Below the pieces are notes generated by a model that worked only from the letters and a program-made list of their open reading frames with translations, was not told where the DNA came from and made no database searches. This document shows, in pieces, positions 56,054 through 64,000 of a stretch of DNA of 64,000 bases (positions are counted from its first letter, which is position 1; every line of letters begins with the position of its first letter). The stretch lies in the sequence record NC_041916.1; one strand, 5' to 3'. The position numbers were made by a program, and so were the translations under genes.

Positions 56054-56473
56054 TTAATGAGGTGTAAAATTTATTTTTGGTGGTGGTGTTACTAACAATA
56101 TAATGCTTGTATTACACAACCAATGTTGAATCGAATAGACGTCGCCGGTCCCGTAAAGGTTGACCAATGAGGCGAGCGGTTCGGCATTAATAGGACTGTG
56201 TATGGTGTCTTCTAAGAAAGAACACAAGTCACCGTAAATTTGATCGTAAGCAAAAGAGAAAGTCAAGCTTGGGTTAACCGCCTCCATTTCCATAATGGTG
56301 GTTTCCACCGCCTTTGCTATGATCGTTGGTTGATACGAACCGAACATGAAAATGTCAGTAAGTAGTGTGGTAATTGCCATCTCATACATTTCGTGAGAGA
56401 TGAATTCATTGTTGGGTGTCAGGTGACTAAAAACGACGGTCACTAAGATTGGGGATGGTGCACTGTCGGACAT
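56054..56473 (-). CDS. Small hypothetical protein (MSDSAP...)
   Basis: Start moved to ATG 56473 (GGAGG SD). Confidence 0.7.
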   Translation of the reverse strand: MSDSAPSPILVTVVFSHLTPNNEFISHEMYEMAITTLLTDIFMFGSYQPTIIAKAVETTIMEMEAVNPSLTFSFAYDQIYGDLCSFLEDTIHSPINAEPLASLVNLYGTGDVYSIQHWLCNTSIILLVTPPPKINFTPH

Positions 56474-56892
56474 AATAACCTCCCTATTTGGGGTTTGCCA
56501 GTTATTTCCAGTAATGCCCACGTGTCGTTACCTTTGACGACCCGGGCATCTTCTACATTAAAGGTGGACATATTTCGAAGTTCCGGATATTCACTAAAGA
56601 TAACGAAAAGTAAATCTTTTGCTGTTTCGTAGAGTTCAAAGAAACGGTTTTCGATGTCGGTCATTATGTGATAATCACTAAGTTCTTCAATCATGTTGAC
56701 GTTCGTCACCGCATTCACTTGATAGTCGACTAAATGACTGAGACTGGTTAAACTGTCGTTAGGGGTCATTCCTCCATCTACAAGAAAATCAATGAGGTGT
56801 TCAACCACCACTTGAAACGAATCAAGCGGGTACCCCCACTGATTATGAATGTTAATATAAATGTTTAGCGTGGTATCATAATTCGGATTCAT
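56443..56892 (-). CDS. Small acidic hypothetical protein
   Basis: Operon context, overlaps both neighbours. Confidence 0.7.
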   Translation of the reverse strand: MNPNYDTTLNIYINIHNQWGYPLDSFQVVVEHLIDFLVDGGMTPNDSLTSLSHLVDYQVNAVTNVNMIEELSDYHIMTDIENRFFELYETAKDLLFVIFSEYPELRNMSTFNVEDARVVKGNDTWALLEITGKPQIGRLLCPTVHHPQS

Positions 56893-57223
56893 CAGAAACG
56901 TCCTGTGGTTTACAGAACAGTATATAAACTAAATTCTTTTTGGTGCCGGACTCATTTAACTTATAACCTTCTGTGTAAGCACGTCCGATTTGACTTAAGA
57001 AAATCTGACCTTCTTCTTCGGTCATCAGCACTTTACCTAAGTCATCAAGGAGTGCCGTTTTCCATTCTGGGATTTCATCGTGTTCCAATACTTGGTCTAA
57101 TCGATTGAACTCTTTATACAGTTCATTAGCCAAATACTTTAACGCATTTTCATCTTTGAACAAAGGAAAGTACGTTGCATTGATGGAAAGATTCAACACA
57201 ATGTTCAATTCTTGGTCTTTCAT
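56876..57223 (-). CDS. Small hypothetical protein (MKDQEL...)
   Basis: Start moved to ATG 57223 (GAGG SD). Confidence 0.7.
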   Translation of the reverse strand: MKDQELNIVLNLSINATYFPLFKDENALKYLANELYKEFNRLDQVLEHDEIPEWKTALLDDLGKVLMTEEEGQIFLSQIGRAYTEGYKLNESGTKKNLVYILFCKPQDVSDESEL

Positions 57224-57294
57224 CTTATTACCTCTACAGTGATACCTTAAAGTAATATCGGTCCGAAATTTATTCGGACCGATATTAAGTGGGA

Positions 57295-58827
57295 TCAAAC
57301 AATGTGGTGGAAGGAATTGATGTTCTTATGTGACTTAGATTTCACTGAGAACAACTCTTTCCGTTTCTGGTGGTACTCTTTCTGTTTAGGGATAGAAGTA
57401 CACACAAAGTACACGAACTTCGGATCATCACCCGGATAGTTCTTCAATGGACGAGTACGACCTAACATCTGGTCGTTACGTTGACGGGATGAACATGCAT
57501 AAGGACTGAACGACACTGCCAAGTCTGGAATGTCTTTACCGGTACCACAAGACTGCGGCGTAGTAAACACGACTTGGTGTTCCATGTAGGACATTTCAGT
57601 CTCTTTGTTCTTAGACTCGGCGTTGGTGAACTTCCAGATATCCATGTCTGGATATGCTTTCTCGAAGTCCTCTTTCATCCGAGTTGCCATTTCCACCGTA
57701 CTAAAGAACCACAAACACTTCTGCCCTTCTTTGTGATCGTTCACGTAGAATTCTTCGAAGGCTTGCTTACACAACTCTAAGTATTGCAGGTAGAGTTTCG
57801 GGGTCTTCATTATGGCTTGTTCGTACTTGACGTGGGAATACCCACCAAAACCTTTGGTGTTGATTCGGTATTTCTGCATATCGATGTAGTGATGATACGC
57901 AATAACGTCAATGTACTTTTTGTACTCTGGCTCTTTGAGACGCATATTGTACGGATAGACATAACGATAAATGTCATTCACGAACGGGTCATCTGCTTTT
58001 AAGGTAGCGGACAACGCAATGGTTTTCTCAAAGTTACCGAACAGCATGGACATGTACACACGATAAATATCTTCGTGTGCTTCATCCATAATACGGAATC
58101 CAATCTCCATGTCGGTAAAGACTTCATCCAAACAAGGGATGTCTTCTTCACGTTCTCGCTTCAGATACGTATCATAACGAGTAAGAGGAAGGATGATGAT
58201 CTTAGGGTCAGCTCGACCAGACTTAATGGTCTCTGCGGCTTCTTCGATCTTACCATTCCCCACCAACATGATGTCTTCTGGATTCAGTTCAATAGACGCA
58301 CCAAGTGATTCGAACCAAATAGAGGTGTAACGAGGCAAGCACGTGATCAGCGTACGCTTACCAGTATTCACCATGGTGTGGGTCGCCATAAATGACTTAC
58401 CATCACCCGTTTGGGCGTTGTTTACTTTAACCGCACCTTCTTGCAATTGGTATTCACACCAATCAACCTGATGCGGTCTAGGTTCACCCCAACCCTCTTT
58501 CCACTTGAACTCTACGTCCTTCCCTTTAATGACCGGTTCATCTTTAATCTTCACACGTGCTTCTTTATAGCCCACCCCTTCCATAAACTGGATGAAGTCG
58601 TCTAACAAGCCCGCTGAGATACGGAATTCACTTCGGTCGTTATTCATGCGAGCAAAAGAATGCGTGACTACGGTTCGTTTCTGTCGAGTACCGGGAATAG
58701 GTACCTTTCCTAAACGATACAAGCGACGTCGGCAAAACGGCATAATGACATCTTGCACGAACGGCGCTTTGTAGTCTGTTATTCTTAGGTAAGTCCCGCC
58801 CTTCCATACCGTTACGGTTGAGCGCAT
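57295..58827 (-). CDS. SF2 DEAH-box helicase (phiKZ gp75-like)
   Basis: AQTGDGKS, MDEAH, LSAT, motif VI QMLGRTRP. Confidence 0.9.
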   Translation of the reverse strand: MRSTVTVWKGGTYLRITDYKAPFVQDVIMPFCRRRLYRLGKVPIPGTRQKRTVVTHSFARMNNDRSEFRISAGLLDDFIQFMEGVGYKEARVKIKDEPVIKGKDVEFKWKEGWGEPRPHQVDWCEYQLQEGAVKVNNAQTGDGKSFMATHTMVNTGKRTLITCLPRYTSIWFESLGASIELNPEDIMLVGNGKIEEAAETIKSGRADPKIIILPLTRYDTYLKREREEDIPCLDEVFTDMEIGFRIMDEAHEDIYRVYMSMLFGNFEKTIALSATLKADDPFVNDIYRYVYPYNMRLKEPEYKKYIDVIAYHHYIDMQKYRINTKGFGGYSHVKYEQAIMKTPKLYLQYLELCKQAFEEFYVNDHKEGQKCLWFFSTVEMATRMKEDFEKAYPDMDIWKFTNAESKNKETEMSYMEHQVVFTTPQSCGTGKDIPDLAVSFSPYACSSRQRNDQMLGRTRPLKNYPGDDPKFVYFVCTSIPKQKEYHQKRKELFSVKSKSHKNINSFHHIV

Positions 58828-58835
58828 GTTGCCTC

Positions 58836-60821
58836 CTAATTAACAGAGTTGGTAAAGAAACACTCCATTGCCGTGGCTTGACGCTCTTTCACATAAAACG
58901 TAGAAGGTGCTTCGATGACTTTAGGTTGTCCTTGGTAAATCATCAAACTACCAAACCCTCGGTTCTCAATCGCATTCTTAAATGGGATGAAGTACCGGGG
59001 CTCGTCCCCCACAGGCAATCTATACAATCCCTCGGTTGGAGCGACTGCGGTGGTTGCATGGAGCAGCGTTTCGATGTGGATCATGTTGATGTTTTTGAAC
59101 TTACGGTCAATCAACATCCAAAAGTCCACCATCACTTGACCAAAGAACTCAGGGGTCACCTGAGTATCACGCCACGCTTTGTTACGACGAGACAACGCTA
59201 GGAAAGATTCGATTTCACTGCGGTATTTGTCCAAGTCCTCATAAACGTAAGGTAACGTTAACAAAGCTTCTGTTGGATCAAAATCAGTGATGTCGATTTC
59301 CAGATACTTCTTAGTTTTATCCCACCCTTTCTTAATAGCGTATTCAATAAACGCTGGTGACATACGAGCTTGACGAGAACTCACTTGGGTGTCTAAGTGC
59401 ACGGTGGTCTGTGTCTTAGTTCCCGGAAGCATAGGGTCTTCCATTTCGTAAGTTAACGTCAACGTTGGGAAACAGGTTAACTGGTCGTCTTGGATTTCAT
59501 CTAGGTTCTCCATTGAACGCAAGTCAGTTAATTCGTTGATCATAGTGACTGGCAGTTGGATGCGAGTACTTGCTTTAATCAACTCTGGTTTCAAGAAAAT
59601 GTTATCGCCATCGGTGGTGATGTATTCCTCATCCCCAGTCATGACCATAAACGGTACGGCTTGCACGTGACGCATGAAGTGTTTCGTGGACAACATGCCC
59701 TGACCAATCGGTTCGGCTACCGCTGTGCCGCTGATCATCCCCGGGTTAGCCGACTTACGCATGATAACGTTGTACGGGACCGACATACGCATCTGACCAT
59801 AACAAACCGCACAAGGTGCTTTCTCGTTACGACAGAACTGCATAGAACGGATACGAATGGTTTCTCCTACTTTAAGTTCCTTTAATCGTTCTCTGGTCAA
59901 TAGCTTTAATTGATCATCTTCGCCTTTGTAATATTTACCGGCTAAAGAGTTAATCAACGCTTTTGACTTTAACACGATAGGTACTAAAGTGTCCGTCCCA
60001 CAATCATGGTAATGGTCAATGTCCTTAATAGGAGACGCGGTTAAGTGCACCTTACGGTGGAACCATTCCGAGTCTTCCAACGCCTTACCATTCGATACCA
60101 AGGCTTTACCAGCTGAACGGGATTCCGCTAGGATGTCCGCTAAGTTAGTAATGCCTTCGGCAAACGATGGTTCAATCGGGTTTGGCATGATTCGGTTGTT
60201 CAAGTCGAAACACGCACCACGAGAGATGAACGTTTGGAAACCTTGGTTAATGGACACCGCACCTGTACGAGCTTGCATGATGAACGTAGAGAAATCCAAG
60301 GAGGTTTCGTGGATAACCGTTTGTTTGAATTCTTCTTCCGCCTCATCGTAGTTGATCTCACGCTTTCTTAAACGTTCGCGGATGTCAGCTATCTTAGGAT
60401 GGTTAAAGACTTCCATAACGTCTTCTGCGGTAGCAGAGATAACCCCGGGAGACCCGAGGTATACCAAGATGTTATTAATCTTAAAGTGCCAGATGTAAAC
60501 GATTTGTTTGATTAAGTCCGCTTCCACGGGATCGTTCACATGCTCCATTAAGATGTCTAACATGTACTGCAATGGACGTTGTAACGTGGCATCGTTATAG
60601 ACCTTACAATGAATCACCTCTTTAGTGGAGTAAGGGATGCCGAGATGTTCATAACGACGGTGAAGTTCTAAACCGTACCATGTCATGATCAGGTCGTAGG
60701 TGTTACTGACTATGTCATCACCTTCATCCCCCACCACTTTCACTTTGATCAGATCTTTCCGCCACCCGATAACTTGATGTTCAGATAAGTTAGCGAATTC
60801 ACGCAGAGTAATCGTTTTCAT
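58836..60821 (-). CDS. rpoC: Non-virion RNA polymerase beta' subunit, C-terminal part (gp74-like)
   Basis: Bridge helix EDSEWFHRK, IRSMQFC...CAVCYG zinc site, trigger loop AEPIGQGMLSTKH. Confidence 0.88.
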   Translation of the reverse strand: MKTITLREFANLSEHQVIGWRKDLIKVKVVGDEGDDIVSNTYDLIMTWYGLELHRRYEHLGIPYSTKEVIHCKVYNDATLQRPLQYMLDILMEHVNDPVEADLIKQIVYIWHFKINNILVYLGSPGVISATAEDVMEVFNHPKIADIRERLRKREINYDEAEEEFKQTVIHETSLDFSTFIMQARTGAVSINQGFQTFISRGACFDLNNRIMPNPIEPSFAEGITNLADILAESRSAGKALVSNGKALEDSEWFHRKVHLTASPIKDIDHYHDCGTDTLVPIVLKSKALINSLAGKYYKGEDDQLKLLTRERLKELKVGETIRIRSMQFCRNEKAPCAVCYGQMRMSVPYNVIMRKSANPGMISGTAVAEPIGQGMLSTKHFMRHVQAVPFMVMTGDEEYITTDGDNIFLKPELIKASTRIQLPVTMINELTDLRSMENLDEIQDDQLTCFPTLTLTYEMEDPMLPGTKTQTTVHLDTQVSSRQARMSPAFIEYAIKKGWDKTKKYLEIDITDFDPTEALLTLPYVYEDLDKYRSEIESFLALSRRNKAWRDTQVTPEFFGQVMVDFWMLIDRKFKNINMIHIETLLHATTAVAPTEGLYRLPVGDEPRYFIPFKNAIENRGFGSLMIYQGQPKVIEAPSTFYVKERQATAMECFFTNSVN

Positions 60822-62901
60822 TTTCAGTCCTTAATTCATAGCCAGCGTCAGTTAACATGTTCATGCTCAGTTGCAATGCACGGTTGGTGTGGTATTCAGA
60901 TTTCTTAATGACTTCTGGTACCGCAAATGGATCATCGCTACGGATAATGCGTTTGATAGCCATTCGTGCTGCTTCTGGTGAGTTGGCTAAGGTTAACATA
61001 CGAGCCGTTTCTTCCCCACCCTCATGGGATACTGCGATACGGCCTTCGGTTTCACCTGTGTTACGGTCTACTTTACTACGGTAGTACTTGTTGTATTTGT
61101 CGTTAGCATTAAGTTTCGCCGGTAACCCGTAAAGGTTACGTTTCGGGAATGACTCTGATGACATCTCCGTACCAAACTTATCCAACAACAAGTAGTACAT
61201 GGAACTGATCAATACCGGTTCCAATGTCTTTTCACGTTCTCCCAATTCGTTGGTGTAAGTCACTCGTGTTGGTTTCAGATGTCCATATTGTTCAGACAGT
61301 CGACGAATCACTTCCACACCCACAATACAAGAATCACTACGACGCTGTATTGAGATCATACCTTCTTTCTTAATGTAGTCGATGTGTTCGAACAAGAAGT
61401 TCTCATCGGCAGAAGCCACATTTTTCACAATGTCGTGGAACTCTGGTGACACGGTATCGTAGAACTTAAGCAGGACTTTAAACGCCCCACGGTAATCCCC
61501 AGATTCACGCATTGCCATTACTTCATCAAAGATGTTTAAGTTGATGAAGTTGATCGACGCTTCCATAAGTGACGCGTAGATTTGACGACGGAATGCCGGT
61601 GTGTTGTTCACGATGATTTCTGGCATGCGACCGTATTCATCCACTGGAGCATCTTCTTTCTTAAAGACCTTAACGATAACCCCTTTACCACCCACACAGT
61701 CTGACATCTTAAAGCGGACTTTACCAGCCACGTCTTCTTTCAACGTTACTTTCACGTTCCAGTCCAACATCGACTTGTTACGGTGAGTACGTTTAGTGAA
61801 GTTAGGTTTGTTGAGCGCGTAGTCTTTAGTGACGTTACCGAACGCTTGATAAATGAACGCGTTTAGTTCACTGGTGAACGGAAGCGTTTCGTGTTTACCA
61901 TAACGTTTGGTTTGTTGGTAGTACCAAGACTTCAACGAGTACCACATGTTGTTGTCTTCGATTTCGTACTGTTCCAATAACTTAGTGTGCGGATAACTAG
62001 GTTTCTCTACACGACGGTTATTAGAACGGTCCTTAAGACGCTCTGAGCGCACTTCGATGTTCTTTACTATAGAACCCGGAGGAGCGTAGAACTTAATGTC
62101 ATAGAGACGGTCAGGGCGCATAAGCGCTTTCTTAGTTAATGACACTAAAGCAGAGTGAGTATCACGTCGACGGAACGCCATCACCAAACCATCGTCACGA
62201 ACACGCTCACCATTCTCAGGGAAGGCTTTCGGATTATCCAATGTACCATATAGGTTAACTGGAATGTATTCCGCTTCGTTCCAACTGAACTTACGAATGT
62301 GTTCGAACATCACCATGAGACGGTCTAGGTAATCGTCACGCACCATAATACCATCTTCTTCGGTTGCAGGCAGGGTCATACCCGCTACCATGGTCTCAAG
62401 ACCGAACTTCCATTCTCCGGTGTCACTGATGCCCGGTGATTTAGCAAACAACTCACCTTTAGCGTAAGTCGCACCTTTACGGAGACGGTTCAACATTTCC
62501 TTTTCATAAACGTACTCAAAACCCACGTAGAAGTTATGGGTATGATACTTAGGCAAGTGCAGTACGTCGTAACGTTGCATGTCAGCGTCAAAGTACACTA
62601 CGTGGATGGTTCCCCAGTCATCAGTATGGGCTTCGTTAGAGTTGATGGATTTACGATACACCACCAATTCAACTTCCATATTACATGGGGCTACGATTTT
62701 ACGGGCATGGTCACCGTATTGACGTTCAAAACCAGAGGTGATTCGGCGGTTAGTGATACCTTTAGCACGACATGATTTAGAGATCATGTTACCCGCCATG
62801 TACTTACGGGCAGCAGCTACGTTGTGTGGCGAAACGCTGAGGTTGATACCCACACTGCACACTTCCGGCAAGATTTGGTTTTCAATTTTATAGATTTCCA
62901 T
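60799..62901 (-). CDS. rpoB: Non-virion RNA polymerase beta subunit, C-terminal part (gp71-73-like), uninterrupted
   Basis: TEEDGIMV, FKMSDCVGGKGVI, MYYLLLDK, RNTGETE (R-x-GEME-like) motifs. Confidence 0.9.
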   Translation of the reverse strand: MEIYKIENQILPEVCSVGINLSVSPHNVAAARKYMAGNMISKSCRAKGITNRRITSGFERQYGDHARKIVAPCNMEVELVVYRKSINSNEAHTDDWGTIHVVYFDADMQRYDVLHLPKYHTHNFYVGFEYVYEKEMLNRLRKGATYAKGELFAKSPGISDTGEWKFGLETMVAGMTLPATEEDGIMVRDDYLDRLMVMFEHIRKFSWNEAEYIPVNLYGTLDNPKAFPENGERVRDDGLVMAFRRRDTHSALVSLTKKALMRPDRLYDIKFYAPPGSIVKNIEVRSERLKDRSNNRRVEKPSYPHTKLLEQYEIEDNNMWYSLKSWYYQQTKRYGKHETLPFTSELNAFIYQAFGNVTKDYALNKPNFTKRTHRNKSMLDWNVKVTLKEDVAGKVRFKMSDCVGGKGVIVKVFKKEDAPVDEYGRMPEIIVNNTPAFRRQIYASLMEASINFINLNIFDEVMAMRESGDYRGAFKVLLKFYDTVSPEFHDIVKNVASADENFLFEHIDYIKKEGMISIQRRSDSCIVGVEVIRRLSEQYGHLKPTRVTYTNELGEREKTLEPVLISSMYYLLLDKFGTEMSSESFPKRNLYGLPAKLNANDKYNKYYRSKVDRNTGETEGRIAVSHEGGEETARMLTLANSPEAARMAIKRIIRSDDPFAVPEVIKKSEYHTNRALQLSMNMLTDAGYELRTENENDYSA

Positions 62902-62940
62902 TTGGACTACCCTTAGATATTTTAGGTTGGTTCACACCCT

Positions 62941-62958
62941 GATAATATAGGTTTGAAA
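62941..62958 (-). promoter_or_regulatory. Early promoter TTTCAAACCTATATTATC for the nvRNAP operon
   Basis: Same motif family; 40 nt upstream of the beta-C start. Confidence 0.75.
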
Positions 62959-62970
62959 AGGTATAGGAAA

Positions 62971-63297
62971 ATGGCTATAGATCTCCCCCCACCCATGGAT
63001 CATTTCTTTACAGAAGAATACCGAGTCATGGTACGCTCTAACAAAGAATATTTAGTTTCGGTTGCTGGTAGTTACCCGATTACGGACATCAGTTTCCAGC
63101 ACGCTCATCGATATGACTTCTATCGCTTAATTTTGGAATCGTTCAATGTTCCTCAACACATGCATTGGACTATTGCTTTCTTAAACGACATAGAAAACCC
63201 TAGCCAATACGTAGGTGATATGAAAGAAGTCCTAATAATCGACACGGCAGTTATTAATAAATTGATTCAGCGCAGTAACTTGGTTCGACAAAAATAA
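62971..63297 (+). CDS. Conserved small protein (gp70-like), LysM-like baseplate wedge fold candidate
   Basis: Start moved to ATG 62971 (AGGAAA SD); RYDFYRL...HWTIAFLNDIENP resembles LysM/T4 gp53/tail X pattern. Confidence 0.6.
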   Translation: MAIDLPPPMDHFFTEEYRVMVRSNKEYLVSVAGSYPITDISFQHAHRYDFYRLILESFNVPQHMHWTIAFLNDIENPSQYVGDMKEVLIIDTAVINKLIQRSNLVRQK

Positions 63298-63307
63298 AAC
63301 TAATATG

Positions 63308-63340
63308 AGATGCCTACCCCCGGTAAGGGGGTAGGTGTCT
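63308..63340. terminator. Bidirectional terminator
   Basis: AGATGCCTACCCCC-GGTAA-GGGGGTAGGTGTCT between convergent genes. Confidence 0.85.
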
Positions 63341-63342
63341 AT

Positions 63343-63963
63343 TTAAGGTAACATGGTTTCAAGATCTAAGTCGAAGGTAATGAACTCCGGCTCTAGAGAA
63401 GTGTTGAGACCAATGCGTGGATAGAAACGGAATGACGTTTCTTTATCTTCAATCCATTTCTCAACGATGTGCGCCAGTGGACCGTGTGGAACAAAGTCAA
63501 CACGAAGTCCTTGACTGGTCAAACGAATTTCCAGTATCTTGGCACCGATGAGGTTTTCATCCACATTAAAGTAGTTACGAATCATGTCCCCGTAACCCTT
63601 AATGCCTTTCTTAGTTTGTTCGTAGTAGATGTAGTCGATAGGTGGGATGTAACCCAAAGAGGCAAGGAACTCACCATCGGCTAACGTACGCTTAACGCTT
63701 TCTACGATGTCTTTGGCACGCACACCTGCTCGGTCCATTTCACTCACGGTTGCTGCCATAATCGAATAAGCGGCGTTTGGTTGGTCTGGGTCCAGTGGAG
63801 TAGGACGATAGCCCGGATTGCGTTTGATCGCCACAGGTGGGTTTTCTTCGTAGAACTTATCCCAATCGAATGGGTCGTGGATAGCCAATTCTTTCAAATA
63901 AACTTCCACTTCGGCTTCGCTAAGATTACGGATTTCTTCACCCGTCAGTTTCTTAAATGCCAT
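63343..63963 (-). CDS. Hypothetical protein, possible inactive prohead-protease-fold paralog
   Basis: GGAG SD; VDENLIGAKI, FVPHGPLAHIV, FRFYPR, FITFDL segments. Confidence 0.6.
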   Translation of the reverse strand: MAFKKLTGEEIRNLSEAEVEVYLKELAIHDPFDWDKFYEENPPVAIKRNPGYRPTPLDPDQPNAAYSIMAATVSEMDRAGVRAKDIVESVKRTLADGEFLASLGYIPPIDYIYYEQTKKGIKGYGDMIRNYFNVDENLIGAKILEIRLTSQGLRVDFVPHGPLAHIVEKWIEDKETSFRFYPRIGLNTSLEPEFITFDLDLETMLP

Positions 63964-64000
63964 GATAAAATCTCCAAAAGTTAAATAAAGTGCCGTCCCC

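Noticed and set aside
60799-62901. Intron or homing endonuclease in nvRNAP beta-C, as in phiKZ gp71-73
   Set aside because: ORF is continuous at 700 aa with all motifs; no HNH/LAGLIDADG or intein motif seen in any RNAP, helicase or polymerase gene here.
1-64000. Stop-codon reassignment
   Set aside because: Standard code gives full-length core genes and near-complete coding density; TAA, TAG and TGA all act as stops.

Overview
64 kb of a nucleus-forming phiKZ-like jumbo phage (Chimalliviridae-type). Heavy CTA-Leu use in the strongly expressed genes suggests a Vibrionaceae host (inference). Most genes are on the minus strand. The window holds the conserved core: non-virion RNAP beta-N (gp123-like), major capsid protein, DnaB-like helicase, a long virion/inner-body cluster with at least five tandem ejection-protein paralogs carrying G-x-E protease sites, baseplate genes, the N-terminal half of the split family B DNA polymerase, virion RNAP beta'-C, an SF2 helicase and non-virion RNAP beta'-C and beta-C. 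An early accessory region lies at about 11.7-20.3 kb. phiKZ gp numbers are assigned from synteny, size and motifs recalled from memory, not from a database search. Best lead: a probable programmed -1 frameshift (T TTT TTC at 50848-50842) fusing a 548-aa zinc-motif chaperone-like gene to the next ORF, as in tail assembly chaperone G/GT pairs. Other leads: an apparently inverted six-gene block bounded by related palindromes, a sequence-conserved palindrome family, a candidate late sRNA, a membrane-anchored HEXXH head protein and a catalytically degenerate prohead-protease-like protein. No tRNA, rRNA, CRISPR array, intron or intein was seen.
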